DNA from: Euglena gracilis | Taxonomy: Eukaryota | Length of the DNA: 64,000 nucleotides | Direction: 5' to 3' | NCBI GenBank assembly: GCA_039621445.1 | Contig: CP154954.1 | Location: 39,703,816-39,767,815 of the forward strand | In this document: positions 46,730 to 60,027 of the stretch, piece after piece | How the letters are laid out: the number at the start of each line of letters is the position of its first letter | How positions within the stretch are numbered: position 1 is the stretch's first letter | Notes under the pieces: model-generated | The model's input: only the letters and a program-made list of their open reading frames with translations | Told to the model about the DNA's origin: nothing | The model's database searches: none | Made by a program: the position numbers and the translations under genes

Positions 46730-49542
46730 TGCCGCAGTTGGAGGAGCGACTTTCCCGTTTGGAGGAGAAAACCTGCTATTATGACGCGAATCAGGTTGGA
46801 TTATCCAATCTGAGCGCGAAAGTCGCAAAAATGGCACAACGGCAGGAATCCCTGCAGTTGCAGTTGCAGTCCGACGTTGGCGGGATTAACTCGGCCATTG
46901 CGGGTTTGCAACAAAGCTATTCCGCAATTTCCCACCGAGTCCCGGACAAAGCGGTATTCAGACTGCTATTGGGGAACTCCAGACCCGGTATGCATCGGTG
47001 TCTACCAAAATTATGGAAATGCAGTCTTTGCCTGCAGGTTCCATTTCACGGATTACCGAGAACCCTGATTTCAAGGCATTTTATGACAAAATGCTCACTG
47101 ACAATCAGGAAACTTTGCAAGATTTCTGCAACAGCCTATTACGGCTTGAGGAATCGGTGAATCGGAATGCCCGATCCACGCAAGGTGAGATTACCAGGTT
47201 GGATGAGCGAATTTACGCGTTTCTGGATAAGCCACAACCCGGAAATTTGCCTGTGGGTAGCACAACCCCGGTATCGGATAACCCTACACCGGTTGCACCC
47301 ACTACCACACCATCCAAGGTAACACCACCTTTGCAGATTCTCTCAACAGCTGTAAAAGCATTAACGGGACAACTCCAACTATTGGATGAGTCTCACGGGA
47401 AACTTGTCCAAGATGTCACCGGAATTTCCGAAAGGATTCTGCACACAGATGATTTTTCCTGTGACCGCAAGCGTATTCGCGCTTTGGAGGATGAGGTTGA
47501 CCGTATTTGCGGCCAACTCCAGCTCGTTGAGCATTTGGAGCAAAGTGTGCATGACTTGTCTGTCGGTTTGGATAATGTGTCCAACCAACAGCGGGTTCCA
47601 CATCGTGATTCGACAGTATGCATTTCCGAAGACGCGCCGAATGTTCCAGAGTCGCGTTTCCACACCCCGACTCCAGGTGCACATGCACCACCACCACCCG
47701 TGTCCCACGTGTCACAATCCGCGATTCCGCGAATTGTGCCACCATTGGCCTTGCCCACAACCCAAACCTAGTTTTCGGATGAACATCCCATTACGGGAAC
47801 CGAATTTTCGGAAAAAACGGCGATTCCGCCAAGTCTCCACCAAGAAATACATCATTCCATGCTTGTGCGTGGGATGAGCCAAACCCGTACACCGGGAGTG
47901 GGTCACATGTTGTATGCGCGACATACCCCCACACCGGAGTGTCCCCCTATTACGGGTTACCAACAGGGTTTGCGACCGGATATCCGGTACCAGGATTCAC
48001 CTTCACCAGAAATTTCGCGATTCCGACAAGAATCCGGACAGGATACGCTTGGTGCTCGAGCGTACCCAGGCCCAAAACCGCGGAATACCACCGAGGGTCG
48101 TTGGGTTTCTCAGAAAGACTTCAAAGGCACCATCGCAATCGCGAACAAGGTGAAACCCCAATGGGATGGTGATCCAACCACATGGAGACAGTTTTTCCGG
48201 GACTGGGTGTACTACTGGGCATTGAAGGGGCCAACCCAGGACCCAAACCCGGAGGTGATCAAGATGGAATTCATCGATTGCCTCCCAAGGGTTGAGAAGG
48301 AGCGCGCGCGACAACTCGTCATTCGCTACCGCGTTTCCTTTGATGACGTTGTAGAGCAATACGCTTCCACCAGCTCAAGTTTGGTCGCTAGGATCACCCT
48401 AGAGACCAAGTGGCGGCAATGCGCCCCACCCGATCGCAAGTGGAAGTCCATTGACCTTTGGTATACCAAATGGTTAGGACTTGCTGCTGAAGTGATGAAC
48501 TCAGTGAAAAGCAAATGCACGAACAGTTTGACGCTGTTCTCATGCATTTCACGCCTAGCCTCCTCAAGGATATCCATATCCTTGAACGCTGGATATCCAT
48601 ATCCACCAACGCTGGAATTACGTTTCCAAGCAGTTGAAGCTAACACAGCTTCTTGGTCACATTCAATCCGCGTATACCGTACACCCAACCGCGGGATTAC
48701 CGGCTGGTTCAGTGAACGCATTGCAAAAATCACCGGTTTCACCCACTTCACCAAACACGGTATCGAAAACGTGATACCCGCGTTCTTCGGACCAAGCCAC
48801 GGATAAAGTGTGCTTTCTGTGCAACAAATCGGGGCATATGTCTCAGGAATGTCCTAACCCTGAAGCACAAAAGCGTGGTCAGAGTCCGCGAGGCTCGACC
48901 TCATCACGGGGTTTGAATTCCTCCGCGTTTTCACGCCAATCGGGCAATTCACGGTCATCGGGTCCCCGTTCCGGTGGTATTAGCCCCCGGATCCCGTTCC
49001 GCGATGAGCGGAAACACGGTACCCCTCGGGGCAGGTCACCCGGTGCCCCTGCCAAGAAGCGTGATTCTTATCGCGAGACATCGCGATCGCGTTCGCGAAG
49101 CGGATCATCCTCTTCGCGATCCTCATTGGGAAAACCCCGATACACCGGTCATGGTCGACGGGATACCCGGTCACCACGACGGTTTGACGGGAAATCGGGA
49201 AACCGATCCCCCCGTTATCCAGATTCGCGACACAAATCTCAGTGTTCGCTTTGTGGATCGAGTGGTCACCACTCATCCAAGTGTCCGCGTTCTCGTTCTC
49301 CCCGCCCTAGCCAACGTCATCGCGGTATGAATCGCGGTGACAAGGGTCATTCCTCCAACCGCCATAAAGTCGGTTTCAAGATATCTTGTTTGGAGGATGA
49401 CACCCCGGCTTCGGGCAGGGAGGGGGATGAGACCACGGATACCGATTTCGACGAGGCCCGCATGGCGGTGCACACGTTGAAATCCGTTTACACCTCTAAA
49501 AGGCCCGTAGCCGGCTATTCGGCCGGTCCGGACCAGGAGTAG
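46730..49542 (+). pseudogene. gag: gag of element C (5'-truncated; stops and frameshifts)
   Basis: ORFs 46998-47771, 47859-48806 and 48808-49542 homologous to B; two CCHC knuckles. Confidence 0.9.
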
Positions 49543-49819
49543 GGGAGTCCGAGGTCCGAGGGCACAAACCTGTGGGCTGATGAACAGATGGAGGTAGGAC
49601 CTGATCAACCCTGCCCCCCCGGGTACCGACCTTACTGGTCGGTACCCGGAAAATTTTCGGGTCCCCCACCCCCCACTCCAACTTTCCGCTCGGAATGTTG
49701 TGCAAAGTCGGAAAGGGTTCACGGGAAAGCTGGCAAGAAAACGTATTTTCGCCAGAACCTTCACTTTGCTTACCCCCCATGGAACTTTTGGCCCAAGCGG
49801 AAATCAGAAGCCAAAATTT

Positions 49820-50135
49820 TTGTGCAAAAGTCAAAATTCTCATTGACACTGGTTGTCGCATTGCACTACTTTTTCGGTACGGGTTGATACCAACACCCCC
49901 CTTGGTGAAAGCCAAGAAGCGGATCAAAATTACAACGGCTGACAACACCCCCATGTGCGATGGTGACTTGGGATGCATTTTGGACTTAGTCCTACCCCTC
50001 ATCCCCAAGCACCACTCACACCCCCCCAACCACAAAATTTTCCGGATACCTGGGGATAAGAATCCGGAATGCATGGGTCTGACGTAATTCTGGGATGCCC
50101 CTTTTTACGTCAGCACCGGCTGGTAGTGGATTGCC
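49820..50135 (+). pseudogene. pol: Aspartic protease of element C (frameshifted)
   Basis: KILIDTGC at 49845; DVILGCPFL. Confidence 0.88.
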
Positions 50136-50987
50136 ACTCCAACGGTTTCCGCACATCACCATTCTCTTCATTGCCCCCCAAACCCTCATCACCTGTGGCG
50201 TCAACCACGACAGCCACCAATTTTTCCACACCGTTTTCGAAAACTTTTACCCCGTTACCAACCACACCTACCAACGTTTTCCACACCGGGTGTACCGAGA
50301 AAGTTCACCCCCTGCACACTGACACACCAACTTCCGTTCCCCATGAGGCAGGGCAAGCAAGTAGCGGTAGCCCTCGTTCCACTGGGTTACAAGACGAAAT
50401 CCCAAAGGCCTAAAGTGATCACGGTGTCGAGTAGTCGCCCAGGTGCACCAATACCCCGTTTTCTGCCAGATGTATCGCTTTCAGATACACCTGTACGCCC
50501 CCCAGCAGCTACACAAGCGCAACCCAACTTTTACACACAACCCCACCAGACCAACATGCGCGACCAGGACCACTACTCCGACACTTCCTACCAATGTGTG
50601 CACTGTAGGAGAATTTCCGCCCAGCGAGATTTCGATTGTGGATGTTTAGTCCAAACATCAACACTAATCCCGATTTCGCGAACCCATACACTTGGTTGCG
50701 GATCGCAATGCGCGACCGAACATCAAGTGCTGCAACAACGAGGTATTGCCTTGTTGTTTGGGACCGCGAAATCCGTGTCGCACACCTCCCCCACCTCCAT
50801 CTGGCATGTTATGGACTGGGTATGCACCCATCCAACCCATCATTCCTTGGGAATGCCCCTTAGGAGTGTGGATGACACACCCTTGGCCTATGTTTGCGGA
50901 TCCCTGAATTGCATTACCGCTCTTCAACCCGCGAACCAGGTTGACACACACGCGATGCGCGTATGGAACGCATTCAATTTTGGTCAA

Positions 50988-51385
50988 TACCGTATTCTGG
51001 AGGAATGTTTCTCCAAAATCGCGGTTTTGGCCGATTCCTTCGCTTTATTGTTGAAAATTTATGCGTTTTTATCACAAGCGCACGCGCGCTTGTCGCGATA
51101 TTGGTCGCGACACTTCAACGCATTTCTTAAGTTTTGGGATGATACGGTGCTTTGGTTGAACCCTCCCCCTACACTTTTTCCGGATGTGGTGGGAAAATGC
51201 TCCGCGATGAAACGCGAGGAGCTCTCCTCACACCCGCCAATCCGAATGCGCATTGGTTTCACCAATTCTCCTATGTATGTTTTCATTGGTGGGATTTACC
51301 CGCTGATGTACCACTATTCGAGGATTTTTGTGGTATATTATTACCACCTGTTAAAGAAATCATTTTTGGCGTTTGTTTCTTCGAC
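50988..51385 (+). pseudogene. Dam-like methyltransferase domain of element C (one frameshift near 51190)
   Basis: RYWSRHFNAFLKFWDDTVLWLNPPP (NPPP 51159-51170), then LRDETRGALLTPANPNAHWF in the RT frame. Confidence 0.83.
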
Positions 51386-53749
51386 GCATTCGGAATATCC
51401 GATTTGCGTGTGCCAAGATACCTTGGTACCAGTAGGGATGCCACACCCTCAACGCAGATTTCTGCGGTTATTGAGAGTGCGGACCAACACCCCAAGTCTG
51501 CTGACTATTGTTCGCGAATTACTCGCGAATTCCATGGTGTACTGGATAACCCAGTTTACGCCTGCGACATCGACCCCGCGATTCGCGGTCCGTTCGGTGT
51601 TTGCAAAATCGAGCTCAAGGATGGCGCTGAGCCCATGCACCGGAAATTCTTCCGTTGTTCGGTTAAACGCGAACAAGCTCTCAACGAGATGATTGAGAAG
51701 CTCATCCAGCGGAAGTGGATTATCCCTTCCAAGAGCGAATGGACATCACAAGCTTTTGTGGTGCCCAAACCCACTGACCAGTCTGGTCAGAAGAAGTGCA
51801 GGCTGGTGCTGGATTACCGGTACCTGAACTCCCAAACGAAGGATGACCTCTTCCCGTTACTGCTGATCGAGGATTTGATCACCAAACAATCGGATAACCG
51901 GTTGTGGTCAATCTTTGATGTAGAAGACGGTTTTCATCAGATGCACTTGCACCCTTACTCACAACCGTACACGGCATTCGTGACATCCAAGGGTGTGTAC
52001 CAATGGACGGTACTCCCCATGGGTGTTAAGAATGGCCCAGCCATGTTTCGACGCATGATCCAGTGGGTTTTTCGCGAATTACCGTTTGCTCTGGTGTACA
52101 TCGATGATGTACTGGTGGGAACCCCACCGCCATCCGCGAAATCGGGCAAGGATATCCTCGATCCGCATTATCGCGATGTGCGGGCGGTATTATCCGCGTT
52201 CAAAAAGCACGTGCTTTTTGTCAAGGGTTCCAAAATGCACCTGTTTCGCAAAATTATTAAGTTTTGCGGGCATATCCTGAGCAACGGGCAGCGTAAAGCT
52301 GCACCCAGCAAGATGGAGGCCACTAAGAAATGGACTCCTGAGGTCATTCAGACCTTAACGCATTTAAAGGGATTTTTGGGATTAGCCCAATACTACGCGA
52401 TTTACATGACAGATTTCGCGAAAATTGTGGTACCCCTAACCCGACAACTTAACAATCGGACACCCGATAACGCAAAAGTCATTTGGGATGACCAAATGCG
52501 CGAGGCCTTGAATAAAATCAAGGACTTGCTCCTCGAGAACGTGGTTCTCGATATCGCGGATCCATACAAACCGTACGTGCTGGAGGTCGACAGCAGCGAT
52601 TACGCTGTTGGCGGTGTTCTTAGCCAGCATAATGCGGCAAATGAACTCCGACCTGTGGCTCTCTTCAGCAGGAAGCTACAGTGCGACAATGGGAAAGGAC
52701 AGGTTAAATGGAGCATTCGCGAAAAGGAGACATATGCCATTGTGCTAATTCTCCAGAAATTCCGCAGCTGGATAGCCAGCAGCCTGGTCCAGATACTGGT
52801 GTTGACAGATCATGAGAGCCTTCAACACTGGTATACCGAGGACCTGAACAAGGCCATGTCATCAGTGGGCAGAAGATGCCGATGGCATGAGTTCTTGAGC
52901 CAGTTTAACCTGGTGGTAGTATATATCCCAGGTCATACGCAAAAAGTGGCGGATCCTCTCAGCCGAGCCCCCTGGTATTATCCTGGGAACCCGGATGAGG
53001 GTGATGCGACTTTTCATGGCAGCCATGAGGCTGACCAGTTCGCACGTCGATCCGGCGCTGCCGACAACATGCTCGATTCACTACCCGTTTCCCGGGTGTA
53101 TCGAAGCGTCGCCATTTCACCATTGCGTGGAAGGCGCCGGCGTGGACGCACTGCCGGACCCCGTCACATTACGCTTACGGAAACTCCTACCCCCCTATTT
53201 TTCCGCGAATGGGATTATTCGCGCGACCCTGTATATAGTACCATTGTGAATAGACTCCGTAATGGTGAATCCATAGAGAACTACTCTCTATCACCATTGC
53301 GACTTTTTTTCCGGAATGATTCTGGTTATAAATATTGTATACCCCAAGACCTGGTTGATGATGTGATTTTGAGCTATCACAACCATGGTCACCCTGGGGC
53401 CCCCAAACTTCTTTCACTGGTGGGTCGCAGGTATTGCACAACCCTGAGTGAAAAAGATTTATATTCGCGCTGTTTGCGAATTTCGCAGCGGTGCCCAATT
53501 TGTCAGGCTGTGAAATCGCGCAGAGGCACCCCCCCTGGTACGATAGATTTTTTCCCTGTACCACCGGACATTTTTACGTCACTCTGCATGGATTTTCTGG
53601 AACTTGAACCTTGCAAACTATCAGATGACAAAGTTTACGATTACGTTTTCGTTGTTGTCTGTCGGCTGAGTGGGTACATAGTAGCCATTCCATGCCGGAA
53701 AGAAGGGTTGACAGCCCAAATTTTGGCATCCATATTCCTGGAGAAATGA
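51152..53749 (+). CDS. pol: Pol of element C: MTase C-half-RT-RNase H-IN N-part in one 865-aa frame
   Basis: YIDD 52097-52108, DSSD, HHCC, MDF; shows the MTase is translationally fused to RT. Confidence 0.95.
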   Translation: MVEPSPYTFSGCGGKMLRDETRGALLTPANPNAHWFHQFSYVCFHWWDLPADVPLFEDFCGILLPPVKEIIFGVCFFDAFGISDLRVPRYLGTSRDATPSTQISAVIESADQHPKSADYCSRITREFHGVLDNPVYACDIDPAIRGPFGVCKIELKDGAEPMHRKFFRCSVKREQALNEMIEKLIQRKWIIPSKSEWTSQAFVVPKPTDQSGQKKCRLVLDYRYLNSQTKDDLFPLLLIEDLITKQSDNRLWSIFDVEDGFHQMHLHPYSQPYTAFVTSKGVYQWTVLPMGVKNGPAMFRRMIQWVFRELPFALVYIDDVLVGTPPPSAKSGKDILDPHYRDVRAVLSAFKKHVLFVKGSKMHLFRKIIKFCGHILSNGQRKAAPSKMEATKKWTPEVIQTLTHLKGFLGLAQYYAIYMTDFAKIVVPLTRQLNNRTPDNAKVIWDDQMREALNKIKDLLLENVVLDIADPYKPYVLEVDSSDYAVGGVLSQHNAANELRPVALFSRKLQCDNGKGQVKWSIREKETYAIVLILQKFRSWIASSLVQILVLTDHESLQHWYTEDLNKAMSSVGRRCRWHEFLSQFNLVVVYIPGHTQKVADPLSRAPWYYPGNPDEGDATFHGSHEADQFARRSGAADNMLDSLPVSRVYRSVAISPLRGRRRRGRTAGPRHITLTETPTPLFFREWDYSRDPVYSTIVNRLRNGESIENYSLSPLRLFFRNDSGYKYCIPQDLVDDVILSYHNHGHPGAPKLLSLVGRRYCTTLSEKDLYSRCLRISQRCPICQAVKSRRGTPPGTIDFFPVPPDIFTSLCMDFLELEPCKLSDDKVYDYVFVVVCRLSGYIVAIPCRKEGLTAQILASIFLEK

Positions 53750-54623
53750 ATCTGCTTAATGGGTTTACCGAAAGAAATAGTGAGTGATCAAGATCACTTG
53801 ATCTCGTCGCGGTTTTTCACAACTTTGTGCGGTTTACTCGGCATTGAGCAGCATTTGTCCATTATATACCGCCCGAAAGGCAACGGTGGAGCTGAGGCAG
53901 CCGTGAAATCCGTTGTCAATATGCTACGCCTTTCACTGGCTGACTCGGGTAAGAATTCGATACCCATTCTTCATTGGTGTTTATTTTACATCAATACCTT
54001 GCCAGGGTTGGTATTACCACACTCACCGTATAAAATTGTTTTCGGACGAGACCCTCCGGCCATAGGAGATATCCCCTCGGAGAGACCCGCCCGAAGTAGT
54101 GTTAGCTGTGAAACGTGGTTTGCAGAAGTGGAATCAACTCCGCTCTGCAGTCCAATCACGTATCACAGAAATTCATTCCAACAAACGGAAATCGTTTTTA
54201 CAAAATTTCAACACACCTGTGTATAGTCCAGGTGACCGCGTGTGGGTACGGAATAACCGCACCCGCATGCAATCTTCCAAGCTACATCCTCTTTGGCTCG
54301 GCCCATGCGAAATTTTGAACAGGTTAGGAAGTAGCGGGCGATGTAACGTTGCCTTGCCCAACGGGATTGAGGACGTCCATATGGACGATTTCAAACCGTA
54401 CCTAAACCCCCTAGACGGAAAAGCTATCCCCTGCTTATATTTCAAGCCCCGTTCCAGATTACCTGAAACGGACGACTTTGTGGTCGATAAGATAATAGAC
54501 CACAAGGTCGACAGGGGTGTGCACTACTGGAAAGTTCGCTGGAAAGGGTATGGGCCAGAGGAGGACACTTGGGAGCCAGCATCCAGTTTTTTTGGATATA
54601 TCCAGCAGGATTGGAAGCTGTGA
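53750..54623 (+). pseudogene. pol: Integrase core, GPY/F and chromodomain of element C
   Basis: [34 protein letters not shown]; premature TGA at 53747 and frameshift near 54133. Confidence 0.93.
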
Positions 54624-55201
54624 AACAAGCGCAATAACATAGACATAAACATTAACACTTTCTGAAACGATTTCGTTTTGGAGAATGTGTGTGTTTTATG
54701 TGAATGTTACGCGTTTATACCCCCCGGGGCAAATGCAGTCGCCGGCAGTTGGTTTTGTAGAGTAAAACTTTCCTGTTGCGTGGTCAGATTTGACTGGCCA
54801 TGCGCCCTGCCCAAATTTGACTGGTCAGCGGCCCCCTCCTTCCAAACCATCCCCATGGGTTTTCCTGGAACGCCCATGGACCCAACCCCAAGTGCCTCTG
54901 GCACACCCAAACTGGGTGGATGGGTTTGCCTGGCAACGAAACCTGCCAGCCCCATTTTCCCCAGTGGGCTATAATATACTATACACCCATAAGCCACCGC
55001 AGAATAGGTGAAACCATTTTGCGCGTTTTGGGCCTTTGGGTCACCCTTCCCCCCCCTTTTGAGTGGACCCCTGTGCGACAGAAAGGGCCCCTGTGGATGC
55101 GATAGGGTGCACCTCCAACAGACCAGGTCCGTTTCCGAAATCCCTGTGGCCAGAATGCCTGGTCCAAAGGGGAATTCGGGCATAGCCCTTGGAGGGAGAT
55201 G

Positions 55202-55520
55202 TGTACCAGGCGTATGCTTCTGTCCCCTTCCGTTGAGGAAGTTAGGATGGAAGCAGATCCTATTAGGATCTCCTAATGGGTGCCCCTTCTTTCTGTACAG
55301 GTCCCCCTAATGGGTGCCCCTTCTTCTTATACCTTTTCCTTCCTTTTCCTTGGACCGGACTTGGATTTTCAGTCCGTCCTACCCACATTGCTCCGTGCTT
55401 TGCTTCTTGGGAAGTGGGAGAAATGGTTTTCACTGTTACTCTTATTTTCAGTCCCCAAGTAGGTGCGACAAGGCGAAAGCGAAGGATTTTGGGGAAGGGG
55501 AATTGGGAATCAGACGTACC
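55202..55520 (+). repeat. 3' LTR of element C (PPT ggagggaga at 55191-55199)
   Basis: tgtaccaggcgtatgc...gggaatcagacgtac, reverse complement of the B LTR. Confidence 0.9.
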
Positions 55521-56218
55521 CAGGTTTAACTTGCGAGGGGCAAACTCATTCCACACCCTCCCGGGTTTTCCTGGAATGCCCATCGAACCAACCGCACGTG
55601 CCTTGGCCACACCTAACCTGGGTGGAGGGTTTGCGTGGCAAAGAAACCTGCCTGCCCCGCTTTCCCCATTGGGCTATAATATACTATACAACAATAAGCC
55701 CCAGCAAAGTAGGTGAAACCATTTTGCGCGTTTTGGGATTTAGGGTCTTCCTCCTTTCTGCCCCCTCCCTGAGTAGTCCCCTGTGCGACAGAAAGGGCCC
55801 CAGTGGATGGGCAAGGTTGCACCTCCCACCGACAAGGTCTGTGTGTTTGAAATCCCTGTGGCCAGACTGCCTGGTCCAAAGGAGAAATCGGGCATAGCCC
55901 TGGGAGGGGATGTGTACCAGGCGTATGATTCTGTCCCCTTCCGTTGAGGAAGTTAGGATGGAAGCAGACCCTATTAGGATTTCCTAATGGGTGCCCCTTC
56001 TCTCTCCATAGGTGGTATTCTTTATTCTGTTTTGTCTTTCCTTTTCTCCGGACCGGACTTGGATATCCACTCCGTCCTTCCTGCATTGCTCCCTGCTTTG
56101 TTCTTGGGAAGTGGGAAAAGAGTTTTCACTGTTACTCTGATTTTCAGTTTCCAAGTAGGTGCGACAAGGCGAAAGTGAAGGCTTTTTGGAAACATGAATT
56201 GAAGACCAGACGTATACT
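55521..56218 (+). repeat. Second diverged 3'UTR + PPT + LTR (LTR 55913-56216)
   Basis: 55545-55910 repeats 54835-55199; gggagggga-tgtgtaccagg at 55902. Confidence 0.88.
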
Positions 56219-57130
56219 GATTGCCCCATGTCCCACGAGAGTGCTCACACAATTCTCCACTCGCTCGGTGTCCGAAGCTTGTTCCCTTGCAGCCGCGGAC
56301 CTAGTTCTCAGGGCTGGTTGCGGTACGCCAGGCAACGCAGTCTCCTCCCAACTTTCAATGACGGCCCGTTGAAGGTACAACCTGGCGCGCTCAGCGACCT
56401 TGCGGCCAACCTGTGCCCTATGGTCTTTCCCCCCGCGCTTTAGTGGGCAAAGCTCTGCCGTTTGAAATGCCTAAAGATGATGCAGGGACCCCAGTCAGCA
56501 CTTGCATTTAAGTTGCGGAGGAGGGTGATGTAGGTGCACGTGACTCGCACAACGGCACCACAGGGGACGTGGACCAGCGTCGGCACGCTGTCCAGTTCAA
56601 AAAAAGGTGACAAGGTTGCTCCGCCATGTGTGAATGCACACGGGGGGAACCTGACCAATCGCCGCAGAGGAGTGCCTCGGACGCCTTGTAGCCAAGGTAT
56701 TCATGCACCTCCAAGCCATCACGCAGACCCTCAAAGACCTCAGTCCTATGCAAAGCGGAGTATGGGTAGCCTCACCGCAATTGGCGTGCAACAGATGACC
56801 GATGACCTCTTCCGCAAGAATGAGGATCGTTGGTGCCTTTTAAAAATAGACCTAAGCAACGCGTTAAACAGCCTCCTCCGCAGTTCCGCATTAGACAGTG
56901 TCCGTCCGAGACGTCCTGCTGCGATGCCATGGGTCGAGACTTGCTACAGCCAACATTCCCATCTATTTTGTGGCAAGAAAATGCTCACTTCGGCCAGAGT
57001 CGCCCAACACGGAGACCCGTGTGGCCCAGCTCTGTTGGCCTGGGGACTGCAAGATGTCCTGGAAGAGCTGTCTGCAAACGTCGAACGGCAGGGATGGTAC
57101 TTGGATGAAGGCCGTCTCCTGGGTTCGCCG
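56219..57130 (+). mobile_element. CRE/SLACS-like non-LTR retrotransposon, RT N-terminal part (degenerate)
   Basis: PIAAEECLGRLVAK (56655-56696), LKIDLSNALNS, VAQHGDPCGPAL, WYLDEG. Confidence 0.85.
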
Positions 57131-60027
57131 CTTGTGTGGATGGGTCCTCGGCTCAGTGGGTTAGGACAGCCCTTGTCCAATGACACTTGGGGTGACAAAC
57201 TTCTTGCGCAGGCCAACCTGTAATGTGGAATGCTGGGCAGTCTCCTAATGACGAATTGGGCCTTTCCACTGGGAATTTCACACTGAATCACTGGAGTTTC
57301 CAAAAATATTTTTCACAGCAGGGGAACAAATATTGAAGATCTTTGCCAATGCCCTTGATCAATCAAGTCCAAGCAAACTGATACACTGTTTGCCATAGGC
57401 CAATGAAATAAAGAATTATACTAAGAAATCCCATATTTAGATTTTGGTCTGAGAACCTTTTTTCTGGCAATGCCTAATTCAGAGATTCCAGGAGATTGAT
57501 CGAAAAAAGGCTGTCCGCCACCCCCCCCCCCTTCATGCAATTGCTGCGCAGTTGCCCAGGCATTCAGAGCACAGCGGACAGACGAGCCAGTTAGCCCCTC
57601 GCAGAACATGGAGAGGAGACAGAAACACGCAGGAGACGAAGACGGAGAAAACGATCAAACCGTGATATTTACTGGCGCAGAACACACCATCACACAGCAC
57701 GACATCAACGTCATTGGACAAGGGCTGTCCTAACGCACTGAGCCGAGGCCCCAACCACACACAAACTGGTATGAGCTTTGTCCAGTTCAAACGATCCTGT
57801 TGGGCCACGAAGGGGATTGACGCTAAGATTGTGATCTGGTGGAGTGACATTACATTGTCATTGGCGGACCACTAGCTGCAGCTGATGGCAGCACTTGCAC
57901 TGTACATTGCTGCAGATGTCTGTGAAGATAGCATGTCATTGTCACTGAAGTGGGGATGGTGATGAGCCGTGAGGCACGTACAACAGAATCGAGCACCGGT
58001 GGATCATCCAGATGAGCCGTGAGGCACGTTCTGGAGAGAAAGATGGTGGTCATTTGGTGTCTTGGACAGCCCAGTTGTTGGCATTGCCATGGGTTGTGGG
58101 TTAACCTATGAAATCCTCTGCCGTTTCGATTTGGCATTGATGTGACACTTGGGTGACAATCTTCTGGCCCAGGCCAACCTGTAATGTGCAATGCTGGACA
58201 GTATCCTATTGCTAACTTGGGATTTTCCACTGGCAATTTTTGAGTGCCCACTCTTGGCCTGGACCCAGTGTCTCACTTTTGACTTTTCTGGCATTGAACT
58301 TTTCAAAACTTCCAGCACAGCACAAGCAAAGACAGGACTTCTTTGAGGTTCAATCAGTGACCCACGCAATCAGTGTAAGCATTTTGCTCCCTACAGAACA
58401 ATTGGCATTCTTCAATGGCTTTGCAAACTTGAATTAGGAATTGCAGACTTGGCGAATCCTACACCACCTTCCTACAGAACATTCCTTGGAATGTCAATCG
58501 GCATTCGCAGGTCAAATTTTCCAATTCAAATTCTAACCTCGCCCTGATGTGCCCTCCCCCCCCCCATGTGCCCGAATTGTCACCCCCCCCCCCCCTAGGC
58601 TGTCATCCCTGGGCCCTGGGGGGGCCAACAAAAATGTACCTGGAGGGAATTCGGGCAATCACGAAAAGGGGATCCTGATTTTTGTGCCCCAAAAATGGGC
58701 AGCCAAAAAACGGGACTATGGGAAAAAATCTGGGCAAGGCGGAAAATCTTCAGCTCCAAATGTCTTTATCCACTGGTCAGTTACGTGCCCTGCCGTACTT
58801 CTGTGCCCATGCGGGCAAAACAGAGTACCCCCCTTCTTTGTGTCCTGACCCTTCCCCAACTGGGCAATTACATCCATCCCTTTGGTGCCGTCCTTGTTAA
58901 GGGGAAATCTGGGCAAATCAAAAGGGGAAGACCCAAAAGCAAAGTGCCCTACAGGGCAAATCTCTACAAATGGTGGCTGGGCAATCACAAACCAAACCAG
59001 GAAAATGCTTACACTTGAATTGCAATGAAATCCCAGCAAACACACGAGTTTAACGCACAGGGAATGGCTTCAGCGGCTCCTCCTTCTTCCCCTTCTTACA
59101 TTGTAATCTCCTGATTCATCTTTCCTTGGATGTCTCTTTTTGTTTCACCTTGTCTTCAGATTGATTGTCTTATTCTTCAGCAGCTTGCAGAGCAAATTCC
59201 ACTCTTGGAATGATTGTAATCACCTCCACTTCAGCCGCCTGAACACCAACATGTACAGATGAGATTGCCATGGCAGGGCTCTTCTGCTGCTGCAGAACTT
59301 CCAAAGCCCTGAAAAAAGACTCCTGCGACACAGGATGTACATGGTGATCAGCTTCACCTTCAGCCATAGTTCCTGGACAGCAGTGTACCCAAATCCGTCC
59401 ACATCTGCAGCTGCTGGATTGCATCTTCTGTACCCATTCTGTCATGGATGTGGTCCATCTTCCCAGTCCATGCTGTAGCATCTTCCTGGAAACTTCCTCA
59501 ATGACATCTGGGCTGACCAAGCCCGGGAGCTGACTGATTGTACAGGGTATACACTGATTGTTCGAGTGCCCACTCTTGGCCTGGACCCAGTGTCTCACTT
59601 TTGACTTTTCTGGCATTGAACTTTTCAAAACTTCCAGCACAGCACGAGGACTTCTTTGAGGTTCAATCAGTGACCCACGCAATCAGTGTAAGCATTTTGC
59701 TCCCTACAAAACAATTGGCATTCTTCAATGGCTTTGCAATCTTGAATTAGGAATTGCAGACTTGGCGAATCATACAAATTTCCCACTGCATCACTGGTGT
59801 TTCCAAAATCGTTCGCACAGCAGGGGAAGAAATCCTGAAGACCTTTGCCAATGCCCTTGATCAAGTCCAAGCAAACTGATACACTATTTGCTAGAGGCTG
59901 CCAATGAAATACAGAATTATACACACAAATCCCAGATTAAGATTTTGGTCTGTACCCTTTTTTCCGGCATTGCATAATTCAGAGATTCCAGGAAATTGAT
60001 CGTAAAAAGGCTGTCCGCAACACACGC
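57131..60027. repeat. 2.9-kb mosaic of nested repeats interrupting the LINE
   Basis: 57131-57183 inverted at 57711-57763; 57181-57280 similar to 58143-58240; 57283-57518 similar to 59785-60018; 58242-58460 similar to 59563-59770. Confidence 0.8.

Larger units (their letters stand above)
46730..56218 (+). mobile_element. Element C: 5'-truncated sister copy of B lacking the accessory cassette, ending in duplicated 3'UTR+LTR
   Basis: 46730-54725 is the reverse complement of 33152-41134; 54720-55520 matches 26367-27160. Confidence 0.95.

Noticed and set aside
59170-59560. Possible MULE transposase fragment (GRWTTSMTE)
   Set aside because: Similarity limited to one short motif; cannot be supported without a search
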